DNA of 62,651 nucleotides, the filler included, from Nemertoderma westbladi (Eukaryota; Animalia; Xenacoelomorpha), in NCBI GenBank assembly GCA_032718475.1. It is 4 parts of 4 records of this genome, joined end to end, with 100 filler letters (N's around TTAATTAATTAA, not from the genome) between each part and the next. Parts side by side here need not be neighbours in the genome. Positions count along the whole stretch, not along the records: positions 1 to 23,316 come from JAUCBJ010004410.1; 3 more parts are not named here. One strand, 5' to 3'. Below the pieces are notes generated by a model that was not told where the DNA came from, searched no databases, and worked only from the letters and a program-made list of their open reading frames with translations. Below are positions 1 to 12,400 of the stretch, one piece after another. Made by a program: the position numbers and the translations under genes. The first letter of the stretch is position 1. Each line of letters begins with the position of its first letter.

Positions 1-1
1 C

Positions 2-3000
2 GAGTTCTTTAAATGTATAAGGCCAATCTTTCCTGAAAGACTTCACCTGATCGGATTGGGCATGAAATACATTTCTAATAGGGAATCGATCTGCCAGGAA
101 ATTATGGAATGGTATTGGTCTACATTTGTCAATGTATTGTGTACATCCCATCCCACATACAACAGTTGGAAAACATTTATCATTCATCAACTTTGTAAAC
201 TTGGCTAGATCTAGTGCTTCCATTGTTTCATTGTATTCACGAAGTTCTTGAGTAAAGTCCATCATAATTGTTTTAGTGGGATGAATATCGATCTCATTGA
301 TAACATCTCTCCAGCTGTTCCTGAACTCATCTGCTAATAAGTTGAGAACATCCTGAGCTCTTAAACCTGTTATCTTATTCATTAGACCACTAAAGATAAA
401 GGATGGCCAGCCACATGACCATGGTGGATGCCGTTTATGAAGATTCTTTGATAAGTATATAGAACACTCCTTGCAGAGTACAAACTCATGTTCATGCTCA
501 CGAAGAAGGAAACCCCAGTCCCGGCTGGCAGTCTTCCTTGATATACGTAACTGCAATGGGTGTGCAGGAGTTCTAATACGCCTGCAGTTCTCACATACTA
601 CAGCATCCTCAAGAATTACCACCTCATCAAGATCTTCCATGTCATCATCATCACTGTCAGGAATAGCACAATCAGCCATCAATAATAATGCATCATCATC
701 CTCATCATCCAACTCTGGAATAATAAGCTCTCGGATAGTGTCATGCCGAAGAGCATCTTCATCCTCATCAAATCCACCCCATTCCATTGCATCATTACAC
801 TCATCTAAGGTAGGGTCAACAACTGAGTTTTGAGGTTCGCCTGGTTGTTGGAGTTGCGACTGAGGTTGTGGATGAGGTTGTGGATGAGGTAGGGGTTGAG
901 GTTGAACTAGAGGTGGGTCTCTAGAGCTCACTGAAGTATTTCTAGGTGGTAGTGGTATCGGGTGTGTTCTTGAAGGGGGTGGCATATCAGCAGAAGTAAC
1001 CCTTGGTATGAAAGCATAGTAGTGCTGCTCTTCATTGCTATGTGCAATCACAACCCTAGGTGTCCCCAGAACTCCAACTTCCATAATAAATCCTCTACCA
1101 CCCTCAGTAGTAAGCACCTCAAACAAACGCCCATATATTCGACCAAGGGCCTCCAGTACAATAGAGTTTCCAAAAACCCTACCACGTGATTGGGTCAATT
1201 GATTTACAAACTGGTGAAAGTATCTCGGTTCGAATGGGCCCGGGGCATATTTCGCAAAATATTCATCCCAGTTCTCTCTAAAATATCTTTGCGCTTTCTT
1301 CCTCATCATCAGAGGTGGGTCATTAAGAGATGTATCTGATCTTCTGATTGCATGGAACATGCAGTCACCATCCCCACGGACATCAACAAGATGTAGTTCT
1401 CTGTTCCTTGCTTCACTTTGAAACCAAAGTAGTGCATTGGTCTGTACAGCCCAGGAGTTAGAAGGCTGTGGTGAAGGTGGAGTGGGTAGTGGCGAGTGAT
1501 CTTCTTGAGATATTGAACTATCTATTATACCTGTTCTTGATTGGTTTGTTGGCACATCAACTGATCGAGATAGTGTGCCGATTGATGGTTGGGATGATAG
1601 CGAAACTTGTTCATCAGATGCCGAAGGATGGGTTGATTCTGTAGTAGGTATTACACAAGTTTCCTTTGCACCATGTGATGTATTGGGTGAAAGAAGGCCA
1701 CTTCCTGGAGTGGAAACTTGTGAAACTGAATCAATACCTAACCCTGATCTTGTAACAATGTTATATCGACCCATACACTCTACACTACAATATCTCTTCC
1801 TGTAGTAAGGGATCGGCTTGTTACATTCTCCACAAGTTCTTACGGGCCGTAGACTCTCCTGTAACCGTGTTGTTTGTATCTCTATATTAGAAGACATGTC
1901 ACTGACAGACTCCCAATCACTATTATCTGAATAATCTTTCTGAGTTGCCTGATACTTTTCTTTGCAAGTTCTACTGCAATATTTCCCTCCTACACGAATA
2001 GTTGCAGAGCAAGTCCTACAAGTTCCTGATTTCTGCGGCTGTAGATTAGTAACATAACAACCTCTACAAAGGTCCTTCCCCCTTCGTGTATTATTCATTT
2101 CACAATTCTTACACTTTGCAGCACTATCTGTTTTTCTACCATCTGGTACATCCTGCTGACTACTCCAGTCTATTAATCTCTGCTCATCCCAGTATTCTCC
2201 AGCAGATGACTCTGAACCACTTCCTCCCTTCCTACTAACATAATTCTTCTTGTTGTGTTTATCTCCACATTTCTGACAATACAAATAATCTCCTCTTTCG
2301 ATATGTCTCCTGCATATGGTGCAATAATTTCGTCGGCGACCACTGCTACGACTATGAGGTGATGTATTTGATGTCAGCTCTGGATCTGTAATCTTAGTTC
2401 TTCCAACAACCTTATCCCACTTGTCCGTGTTTATAGCTCCACTTGATGTTACATTGGTCCTTGACTCCGGCTGCGAGCTTTCCAATGAACATTCCAAACT
2501 CGACTGGTAGCTGTCAGACTTTCGAGGATTATGTTGAGAACTCTTTCGGCGTTTGAAATTACACTTCTTACAATATACAAATCTCTCACCAATAAAAATG
2601 TTGCAATCTATACACCGCTTTGTTTTCTTTCTCATCGAAGCACCTGTGGTGCTGCTGGTGGACTCCATCTCACTGTTATCTGATACAATAGGACGTAGTA
2701 TATCTTCCCTTCTAAGTCCTCTGTAGTATCCTTCATTTCTAGGGACTGGTGCAGCTACAGTTCTCTTCACTGTATTTCTTACATTTCCAACTGTGTGCCA
2801 TCCACCTTTATCAGTGACTGTCTTTCGCTCTTTCCTCTTCCCACTATATTCTGGTGTTGTACTTAAGTCACTCCCAGATCGAGAGTGGGAATAGGTCACG
2901 TGTCTTCTCTTCCCTCCAGTTTCAGCTTTATGGCTCATATGTCGGACACAAAATCCACAATAAAGTCCTGAACCCATAAAACATTTGTTGCACTGATGAC

Positions 3001-3793
3001 ATCTCCCATCTCGGTGTACACCCATTGCCACATTAACATCACCAGCTACTGACTCTCTATCCATCTCTCTCAAACATCGCCGACAATAATCTTCATTACC
3101 CTCCTTGGTGGTCATACAACATCGTCCACATCTTCTCTCTGGTTCTCTTTCCGAAACACTAACAGATTCGTTTCCAACCATTACATTATCCAATGGACGA
3201 TACTTCCGTTTCGGCACTCGGGACCATCTTCCTCTTTCGTGTTCCTCGACCTTTATACCTTCAATCACACTTTCCAACTCTGGCCATTCACTAATACCCG
3301 ACTCCAGGTCTGAGGTGTTCTGAGGTCCGCCTACTCCACCACCTTGTACCTGTAAATTCTTAATTTCATTATTAGTACCTACATCAACAATCGGCTCATG
3401 AATACTGCCTTCAATACCTAAATCAATACCACGAACACCCATATCATCACTCGTACCAAAACCAATATCCGCAATGTCTTCAACATTTTCACCATCACCG
3501 AGTTCCATATCATCCACACTCACATCCACACTCACATCCACACTCTCATTAACACTCCCTACAACATTCATAATATCACCACCAACATTCACATCACCAT
3601 AACACTTATCTTTACTATTTCCAAGATAAGTAGGAGAGTTCTTAACTGGGGTAGGGATAGCAGTAGATATAGTAGGTGGGCATGCAGATAGAGAAGCAGT
3701 AGAGCATGCTAAGGTAACAGAAAGACAAGGACAGACATCAAACTTTTTCTTACTGTAAAAACGATGACAATACGAACAACGGGCAGGACCCAT
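2..3793 (-). CDS. Large intronless ORF (>=1264 aa, runs off the left edge): zinc-ribbon array + OTU cysteine protease + Cys-rich region; probably the N-terminal half of a Helitron-like transposon protein
   Basis: Hand translation from ATG 3793 finds no stop to position 2 (MGPARCSYCHRF...). Seven CxxC-x10-11-Cxx(x)C motifs lie at ~3135-1775. The OTU motif VDVRGDGDCMFHAI has Cys at 1361-1363, with FGNSIVLEAL and EQHYY (His 1022-1024). A PQ-rich and acidic linker follows, then CENC...CKEC...WPSFIF...CGMGC. The ORF track omits it because no stop lies in the window. The element assignment is inference. Confidence 0.85.
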   Translation of the reverse strand, partial: MGPARCSYCHRFYSKKKFDVCPCLSVTLACSTASLSACPPTISTAIPTPVKNSPTYLGNSKDKCYGDVNVGGDIMNVVGSVNESVDVSVDVSVDDMELGDGENVEDIADIGFGTSDDMGVRGIDLGIEGSIHEPIVDVGTNNEIKNLQVQGGGVGGPQNTSDLESGISEWPELESVIEGIKVEEHERGRWSRVPKRKYRPLDNVMVGNESVSVSEREPERRCGRCCMTTKEGNEDYCRRCLREMDRESVAGDVNVAMGVHRDGRCHQCNKCFMGSGLYCGFCVRHMSHKAETGGKRRHVTYSHSRSGSDLSTTPEYSGKRKERKTVTDKGGWHTVGNVRNTVKRTVAAPVPRNEGYYRGLRREDILRPIVSDNSEMESTSSTTGASMRKKTKRCIDCNIFIGERFVYCKKCNFKRRKSSQHNPRKSDSYQSSLECSLESSQPESRTNVTSSGAINTDKWDKVVGRTKITDPELTSNTSPHSRSSGRRRNYCTICRRHIERGDYLYCQKCGDKHNKKNYVSRKGGSGSESSAGEYWDEQRLIDWSSQQDVPDGRKTDSAAKCKNCEMNNTRRGKDLCRGCYVTNLQPQKSGTCRTCSATIRVGGKYCSRTCKEKYQATQKDYSDNSDWESVSDMSSNIEIQTTRLQESLRPVRTCGECNKPIPYYRKRYCSVECMGRYNIVTRSGLGIDSVSQVSTPGSGLLSPNTSHGAKETCVIPTTESTHPSASDEQVSLSSQPSIGTLSRSVDVPTNQSRTGIIDSSISQEDHSPLPTPPSPQPSNSWAVQTNALLWFQSEARNRELHLVDVRGDGDCMFHAIRRSDTSLNDPPLMMRKKAQRYFRENWDEYFAKYAPGPFEPRYFHQFVNQLTQSRGRVFGNSIVLEALGRIYGRLFEVLTTEGGRGFIMEVGVLGTPRVVIAHSNEEQHYYAFIPRVTSADMPPPSRTHPIPLPPRNTSVSSRDPPLVQPQPLPHPQPHPQPQSQLQQPGEPQNSVVDPTLDECNDAMEWGGFDEDEDALRHDTIRELIIPELDDEDDDALLLMADCAIPDSDDDDMEDLDEVVILEDAVVCENCRRIRTPAHPLQLRISRKTASRDWGFLLREHEHEFVLCKECSIYLSKNLHKRHPPWSCGWPSFIFSGLMNKITGLRAQDVLNLLADEFRNSWRDVINEIDIHPTKTIMMDFTQELREYNETMEALDLAKFTKLMNDKCFPTVVCGMGCTQYIDKCRPIPFHNFLADRFPIRNVFHAQSDQVKSFRKDWPYTFKEL

Positions 3794-5221
3794 GTTAATA
3801 ATCACAAGTACAAACAAAAACACAAAAAGAAAACAACAAGAAATAAATAAAATGTAGATAAAAATAAATATAGTTAAAAATAAATGTAGATATAAAGATA
3901 TAAAGATATAACAGTCAAGGGATTAGTAACAAAATATTTTACAGATTATACTTATCTAACAACCCTGCTGTCGTTCGCTACAAAACTTAATTTGTAACCT
4001 GTTAAAAATTAAAATTTACCCAATAAAATTTAGATATAAGTAATTTAAAAGACATATTTATAGAATATAAAAATTACTTTACTGGAATATGCTTTCATTT
4101 AATATAATAATATGATATGAAATGAAATATGGCTGATGTATGTGTATAATTAAGAGCCAGATGGAATTATACTACCAACCAGTAGATAATGGGTGAATGT
4201 AAGAAATATACAAAATAAAAGAGGTAAACAATAGAAGAATATCATGGAAGAACTGAAGAAGACATGAAGAGGTATAACAAGCGCGACAACTACTAACGCA
4301 TAAACTGTCCTTGAAAAGCTTATTACCACCAATCTTACTACAAGAAAAATGTAGCTGAAAGGGGATTGAACTCAGTACTAGGAGGTTCCAAGACCAACGC
4401 TCTAAAAACTTAGCCACTACGCCCTATGAATGAACCCTATAAAACCTAGTATGGTGCCTTACAAAAAGTTTAACAATAACAATGGAGTGAATACTAGAGG
4501 TCTCGCTATGCGGACCTAAAAAAATGTTGGTTTATAACAACAGTATGAAAGAGTTAAATGAGGCGAACAGAAAATAAATGATGATTAGATGAAAATACAC
4601 TAAAATATTATACAACTAAAATTTCTCTAAAATATTACATTGTAATGCAATGGCATCAATCCTAAAACAAATCTCTGTTAATCAAAACAAAATCTACCCT
4701 CAAATAGAAACGCACCAAATTTATTTCGCATTACAAATAATTATTTGTCACCAAAATTTTCCTTCACTAAAAATAATTATTCTATCACTAAAAATCATTA
4801 TTCTCCACTATTAATAAATTGATTTCCACTAAAAATTATTATGTTGGAAAGGAAAAATAAAGTAATTTTCAACAATATACCATTGACTTGATCTTTCCTC
4901 TACCACAGATCTGTTTTTAAGAATGTTGCTGAGTGACAGCTGTTTTTTTTACTATAAGATAGTGTCCCTTAATGCAAAATATCCCAGTCATTACAAACTT
5001 AAGTCAACCAATAAATCTATCCTATGTCCTTAGTTAGACCGTTCAAAAAATTAATTAGTAATACATAACCATTAAGCAGCAATACAATATACAATTAATT
5101 GCATTGCAAGATATACTGAATATAGTTAGTAAAATTAATTAACTAAGTACTGTCTGTATCTAACAAGAAAACGAAACGAAAAGCTTAAACTTTTTACAAC
5201 AAAACAAACAACCGTGATCGG

Positions 5222-6494
5222 GGATTGAACCCAAGATTTTTATATCTAAAGTCATGCTCTATACGGAGTATATTGAAATTTTAGATAAATCATAATAACA
5301 ACAATAATAATAAATAATTACGTTCTTTTGGAGTCATAATGGCGCTAAATGACAGCAAAAACCAAATGTGTGTTTAGTGGAATTCATAAATTAAATTTAT
5401 TTAATTTAAAAAATAAAGGGAAAGGAGCAGGTTATAGTGGTTGTGTTTTCTAGCCAAAACAATACACGAGACTTTAGTTACCTTGCGTTCAATTAGTGCT
5501 GAAAATCATAATTTTCACTTGTGGTTGGATCAAAATAGTGATGTTCTAGAATAATTTAATTAACGTGCAATAAACTTTAATTCAGTGGGAAATGAATCAA
5601 ATTGGCGTAGTAGTAAGTTATGTGCCCATACCTCTGACGTAATCATATTGAAAAATGTTTTAAGACTAAAAGGGACCAGCTTACACCATGCCCGGAATAT
5701 TGTGTCATAAATCAGTGACATTTTGAACAAATTTTTAAAAGCGTTTGAAAAAGGTGTCTTAGTCAATATTGGCCCAGTTCCACGTCAGTTGTTTTTATAT
5801 AATATAGTGATTTGTTAACTGTTAGAAAGCTGGTCATTTTAGGAGTCGAAATATGTAGTACATTCTGAATTTCATCGAAAAATAGCTGAGATATGGGCGT
5901 TGAAATGTTGCATGGTTTTTTATCTATGCGGCGAGGCTATTTTATTCTATTAAATAAATAAACCATATTCTGGAACATTTGAATAGCCATGTACTGGTAT
6001 TACTATAGAGATAATGCATAGCTGTCCAGCCACTAATGAGATAAATAAAATGTTCTAGAACATGATGCAGTTTTTAAATAGAATAAATGGATTACAGCAG
6101 AAGCAAATATATGTGGAATATTTGAATGCACGTATCTCAGCTATTTTCCAACCAAATTCAAATAATTTTACATATTTGGAATCCTTGCACCACTTAGCTT
6201 TCCATCAGTACAGACAAGTCACTACATGGTTGAAGAAAACTGCGATGTAATTGGTGCTCTGGGATTGACCCAAGATTTTTATATCTAAAGTCATGCTCTA
6301 TACGGAGTATATTGAAATTTTAGATAAATCATAATAACAACAATAATAATAAATAATTACGTTCTTTTGGAGTCATAATGGCGCTAAATGGCAGCAAAAA
6401 ACAAATTTGTGTTTAATGGGTTTCAAAAAATAATTTTATTTAATTTAAAAAATTAAGGGAAAGGAGCAGGTTATAGTGGTTGTGTTTTCTAACC
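5222..6494 (+). repeat. Direct duplication of ~230 bp (5222-5455 and 6261-6494) of a dispersed repeat
   Basis: Near-identical text gggattga(a)cccaagatttttatatctaaagtc...gttatagtggttgtgttttcta at both sites. A more diverged partial copy lies at ~43808-43976. Confidence 0.85.
5684..6262. mobile_element. Partial copy of a palindromic Tc1/mariner-like MITE family
   Basis: Starts TA|CACCATGCCCGGAATAT. Internal sequence matches the copies at 16165-16918 and 23837-24813. Confidence 0.6.
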
Positions 6495-6495
6495 A

Positions 6496-9400
6496 GTTGT
6501 TGGAACTGGGGAAGGTGAAATGGTTGCTTGAACTGGGGAAGGTGGAATGGTTGCTTGAACTGGGGAAGGTGGAGGGGTTGTTGGAACTGGGGAAGGTGGA
6601 ATGGTTGTTGGGCCTGGAGAAGGTGGAATGGTTGTTGGTACTGGGGAAAGTGGAATGGTTGTTGGAACTGGGGAAGGTGGAGTGGTTTTTGGGACTGGAG
6701 ACGGCGGAATGGTTGTTGGAACTGGGGAAGGTGGAATGGTTGCTTGAACTGGGGAAGGTGGAGTGGTTGTTGGAACTGGGGAAGGTGGAATGGTTGTTGA
6801 GACTGGAGAAGGTGGAGTTGTTGTTGGAACTGGGGAAGGTGGAATGGTTGCTGGAACTGGGGAAGGTGGAATGGTTGTTGTGACTGGAGAAGGTGGAATT
6901 GTTGTTGGTACTGGGGAAAGTGGAATGGTTGTTGGAACTGGGGAAGGTGGAGTGGTTTTTGGGACTGGAGACGGCGGAATGGTTGTTGGAACTGGGGAAG
7001 GTGGAATGGTTGCTTGAACTGGGGAAGGTGGAGTGGTTGTTGGAACTGGGGAAAGTGGAATGGTTGTTGGGACTGGAGAAGGTGGAATGGTTGTTGGAAC
7101 TGGGAAAGGTGGAATGGTTGCTGGAACTGGGGAAGGTGGAATGGTTGTTGTGACTGGAGAAGGTGGAATTGTTGTTGGAACTGGGGAAGGTGGAGTGGTT
7201 GTTGGAACTGGAGAAGGTGGAATGGTTGTTGGAACTGGGGAAGGTGGAATGGTTGTTAGAGCTGGGGAAGGTGGAGTGGTTGCTTGAACTGGGGAAGGTG
7301 GAGTGGTTGTTGGAACTGGGGAAGGTGGAATGGTTGTTGGGACTGGAGAAGGTGGATTGGTTGTTGGAACTGGGGAAGGTGGAATGGTTGTTGGAACAGG
7401 GGAAGGTGGAATGGTTGTTGGGACTGGTGAAGGTGGAATGGTTGCAGGAACTGGGGAAGGTGGAACGGTTGTTGGAACTGGGGAAAATGGAGATGTGGTT
7501 GGAACTGGGAAAGGTGGAGATGTGGTTGGAACTGGGGAAGGTGAAATGGTTGCTGGAACTGGGGAAGGTGGAACGGTTGTTGGAACTGGGGAAGGTGGAG
7601 ATGTGGTTGGAACTGGGGAAGGTGGAGATGTGGTTGGAATTGGGGAAGGTGGAATGGTTGCTGGAACTGGGGAAGGTGGAACGGTTGTTGGAACTGGGGA
7701 AGGTGGAGATGTGGTTGGAACTGGGGAAGGTGGAATGGTTGTTGGGACTATAGAAGGTGGAATGGTTGTTGGAACTGGGGAAGGTGGAATGGTTGTTGGA
7801 ACTGGGGAAGGTGGAATGGTTGTTGGGACTGGAGAAGGTGGAATGGTTGTTGGAACTGGGGAAGGTGGAATGGTTGTTGAAACTGGGGAAGGTGGAATGG
7901 TTGTTGGAACTGGGGAAGGTGGAGTGGTTGTTGGATCTGGGGAAGGTGGAATGGTTGTTGGAACTGGGGAAGATGGAATGGTTGTTGGAACTGGGGAAGG
8001 TGGAATGGTTGTTGGAACTGGGGAAGGTGGAATGGTTGTTGGAACTGGGGAAGGTGGAATGGTTGTTGGGACTGGAGAAGGTGGAATTGTTGTTGGAACT
8101 GGGGAAGTTGGAGTGGTTGTTGGAACTGGGAAAGGTGAAGTGGTTGCTTGAACTGGGGAAGGTGAAATGGTTGTTGGAACTGGGGAAGGTGGAATGGTTG
8201 TTGGAACTGGGGAAGATGGATTGGTTGTTGGAACTGGGGAAGGTGGAATGGTTGCTGGAACTGGGAAAGGTGAAGTGGTTGCTTGAACTGGGGAAGGTGA
8301 AATGGTTGTTGGAACTGGGGAAGGTGGAATGGTTGTTGGAACTGGGGAAGATGGATTGGTTGTTGGGACTGGAAAAGGTGGAGTGGTTGTTGGAACTGGG
8401 GAAGGTGGAATGGTTGTTGGAACTGGGGATGGTGGAATGGTTGCTGGAACTGGGGAAGGTGGAACGGTTGTTGGAACTGGGGAAGGTGGAATGGTTGCTG
8501 GAACTGGGGAAGGTGGACTGGTTGTTGGAACTAGGGAAGGTGTAATGGTTGCTGGAACTGGGGAAGGTGGAATGGTTGTTGGTACTGGAGAAGGTGGAAT
8601 GGTTGTTGGAACTGGGGAAGGTGGAATGGTAGTTGGAACTGGGGAAGGTGGAATGGTTGTTGAAACTGGGGAAGGTGGAATGGTTGTTGGAACTGGGGAA
8701 GGTGGAACGGTTGTTGGAACTGGGGAAGGTGGAATGGTTGTTGGGACTGGAGAAGGTGGAATGGTTGTTGGAACTGGGGAAGGTGGAGTGGTTGTTGGAA
8801 CTGGGGAAGGTGGAACGGTTGTTGGAACTGGAGAAGGTGGAATGGTTGTTGGAACTGGGGAAGATGGAGTGGTTGTTGGGACTGGAGAAGGTGGAGTGGT
8901 TGTTGGAACTGGGGAAGGTGGAATGGTTGTTGGAACTGGGGAAGGTGGAATGGTTGCTGGAACTGGGGAAGGTGGAACGGTTGTTGGAACTGGGGAAGGT
9001 GGAATGGTTGCTGGAACTGGGGAAGGTAGAATGGTTGTTGGAACTAGGGAAGGTGGAATGGTTGCTGGAACTGGGGAAGGTGGAACGGTTGTTGGAACTG
9101 GGGAAGGTGGAGATGTGGTTGGAACTGGGGAAGGTGGAGATGTGGTTGGAATTGGGGAAGGTGGAATGGTTGCTGGAACTGGGGAAGGTGGAACGGTTGT
9201 TGGAACTGGGGAAGGTGGAGATGTGGTTGGAACTGGGGAAGGTGGAGATGTGGTTGGAACTGGGGAAGGTGGAGCGGTTGTTGTAACTGGGGAAGGTGGA
9301 GATGTGCTTGGAACTGGGGAAGGTGGAGATGTGGTTGGAACTGGGGAAGGTGGAATGGTTGTTGGAACTGGGGAAGGTGGAATGGTTGCTGGAACTGGGG

Positions 9401-12400
9401 AAGGTGGAACGGTTGTTGGAACTGGGGAAGGTGGAGATGTGGTTGGAACTGGGGAAGGTGGATATGTGGTTGGAACTGGGGATGGTGGAATGGTTGTTGG
9501 GACTGGAGAAGGTGGAATGGTTGTTGGAACTGGGGAAGGTGGAATGGTTGTTGGAACTGGGGAAGGTGGAATGGTTGTTGGAACTAGGGAAGGTGGAATG
9601 GTTGTTGGAACTGGGGAAGGTGGAATGGTTGTTGGAACTGGGGAAGGTGGAATGGTTGTTGGGACTGGAGAAGGTGGAATGGTTGTTGGAACTGGGGAAG
9701 GTGGAGTGGTTGTTGGAACTGGGGAAGGTGGAACGGTTGTTGGAACTGGAGAAGGTGGAATGGTTGTTGGAACTGGGGAAGGTGGAATGGTTGTTGGAAC
9801 TAGGGAAGGTGGAATGGTTGTTAGGACTGGAGAAGGTGGAATTGTTGTTGGAACTGGGGAAGGTGGAGTGGTTGTTGGAACTGGGAAAAGTGAAGTGGTT
9901 GCTTGAACTGGGGAAGGTGGAATGGTTGTTGGAACTGAGGAAGGTGAAATGGTTGTTGGAACTGGGGAAGATGGAGTGGTTGTTGGGACTGGAGAAGGTG
10001 GAGTGGTTGTTGGAACTGGGGAAGGTGGAATGGTTGTTGGAACTGGGGAAGATGGAGTGGTTGTTGGGACTGGAGAAGGTGGAGTGGTTGTTGGAACTGG
10101 GGAAGGTGGAATGGTTGTTGGAACTGGGGAAGGTGGAATGGTTGCTGGAACTGGGGAAGGTGGAACGGTTGTTGGAACTGGGGAAGGTGGAATGGTTGCT
10201 GGAACTGGGGAAGGTAGAATGGTTGTTGGAACTAGGGAAGGTGGAATGGTTGCTGGAACTGGGGAAGGTGGAACGGTTGTTGGAACTGGGGAAGGTGGAG
10301 ATGTGGTTGGAACTGGGGAAGGTGGAGATGTGGTTGGAATTGGGGAAGGTGGAATGGTTGCTGGAACTGGGGAAGGTGGAACGGTTGATGGAACTGGGGA
10401 AGGTGGAGATGTGGTTGGAACTGGGGAAGGTGGAGATGTGGTTGGAACTGGGGAAGGTGGAGCGGTTGTTGTAACTGGGGAAGGTGGAGATGTGCTTGGA
10501 ACTGGGGAAGGTGGAGATGTGGTTGGAACTGGGGAAGGTGGAATGGTTGTTGGAACTGGGGAAGGTGGAATGGTTGCTGGAACTGGGGAAGGTGGAACGG
10601 TTGTTGGAACTGGGGAAGGTGGAGATGTGGTTGGAACTGGGGAAGGTGGATATGTGGTTGGAACTGGGGATGGTGGAATGGTTGTTGGGACTGGAGAAGG
10701 TGGAATGGTTGTTGGAACTGGGGAAGGTGGAATGGTTGTTGGAACTGGGGAAGGTGGAATGGTTGTTGGAACTAGGGAAGGTGGAATGGTTGTTGGAACT
10801 GGGGAAGGTGGAATGGTTGTTGGAACTGGGGAAGGTGGAATGGTTGTTGGGACTGGAGAAGGTGGAATGGTTGTTGGAACTGGGGAAGGTGGAGTGGTTG
10901 TTGGAACTGGGGAAGGTGGAACGGTTGTTGGAACTGGAGAAGGTGGAATGGTTGTTGGAACTGGGGAAGGTGGAATGGTTGTTGGAACTAGGGAAGGTGG
11001 AATGGTTGTTAGGACTGGAGAAGGTGGAATTGTTGTTGGAACTGGCGAAGGTGGAGTGGTTGTTGGAACTGGGAAAAGTGAAGTGGTTGCTTGAACTGGG
11101 GAAGGTGGAATGGTTGTTGGAACTGAGGAAGGTGAAATGGTTGTTGGAACTGGGGAAGATGGAGTGGTTGTTGGGACTGGAGAAGGTGGAGTGGTTGTTG
11201 GAACTGGGGAAGGTGGAATGGTTGTTGGAACTGGGGAAGGTGGAATGGTTGCTGGAACTGGGGAAGGTGGAACGGTTGTTGGAACTGGGGAAGGTGGAAT
11301 GGTTGCTGGAACTGGGGAAGGTAGAATGGTTGTTGGAACTAGGGAAGGTGGAATGGTTGCTAGAACTGGGGAAGGTGGAATGGTTGTTGGAACTGGGGAA
11401 GGTGAAATGGTTGTTGGGACTGGAGAAGGTGGAATGGTTGTTGGAACTGGTGAAGGTGGAATGGTTGCTGGAACTGGGGAAGGTGGAACGGTTGTTGGAA
11501 CTGGGGAAGGTGGAATGGTTGTTGGAACTGGGGAAGGTGGAATGGTTGTTGGAACTGGGGAAGGTGGAATGGTTGTTGGAACTGAGGAAGGTGGAATGGT
11601 TGTTGGGACTGGAGAAGGTGGTATGGTTGTTGGAACTGGGGAAGGTGGAGTGGTTGTTGGAACTGGGGAAGGTGGAACGGTTGTTTGAACTGGAGAAGGT
11701 GGAATGGTTGTTGGAACTGGGGAAGGTTGAATGGTTGTTGGAACTGGGGAAGGTGGAATGGTTGTTGGAACTGGGGAAGGTGGAATGGTTGTTGGAACTG
11801 GGGAAGGTGGAATGGTTGTTGGAACTGGGGAAGGTGGAATTGTTGTTGGAACTGGGGAAGGTGGAATGGTTGTAGGAACTGGGAAAGGTGGAATGGTTGT
11901 TGGAACTGGGGAAGGTGGAATGGTTGTTGGGACTGGAGAAGGTGGAATGGTTGTTGGAACTGGGGAAGGTGGAGGGGTTGTTGGAACTGGGGAAGGTGGA
12001 ACGGTTGTTGGAACTGGAGAAGGTGGAATGGTTGTTGGGACTGGAGAAGGTGGAATGGTTGTTGGAACTGGGGAAGGTGGAATGGTTGTTGGAACTGGGG
12101 AAGGTGGAATGGTTGTTGAGACTGGAGAAGGTGGAATGGTTGTTGGAACTGGGGAAGGTGGAATGGTTGTTGGAACTGGGGAAGGTGGAATGGTTGTTGG
12201 GACTGGAGAAGGTGGAATGGTTGTTGGAACTGGGGAATGTGGAATGGTTGTTGGAACTGGGGAAGTTGGAATGGTTGTTGGGACTGGAGAAGGTGGAATG
12301 GTTGTTGGAACTGGGGAAGGTGGAGTGGTTGTTGGAACTGAAGGTGGAATGGTTGTTGGGACTGGAGAAGGTGGAATGGTTTTTGGAACTGGGGAAGGTG

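Noticed and set aside
471-3323. Short ORFs at 471, 1575, 3105 (+) and 382 (-)
   Set aside because: Shadows of the long minus-strand OTU ORF. The small ORFs overlapping Vang, WD40, THAP and DENND1 are likewise shadows.
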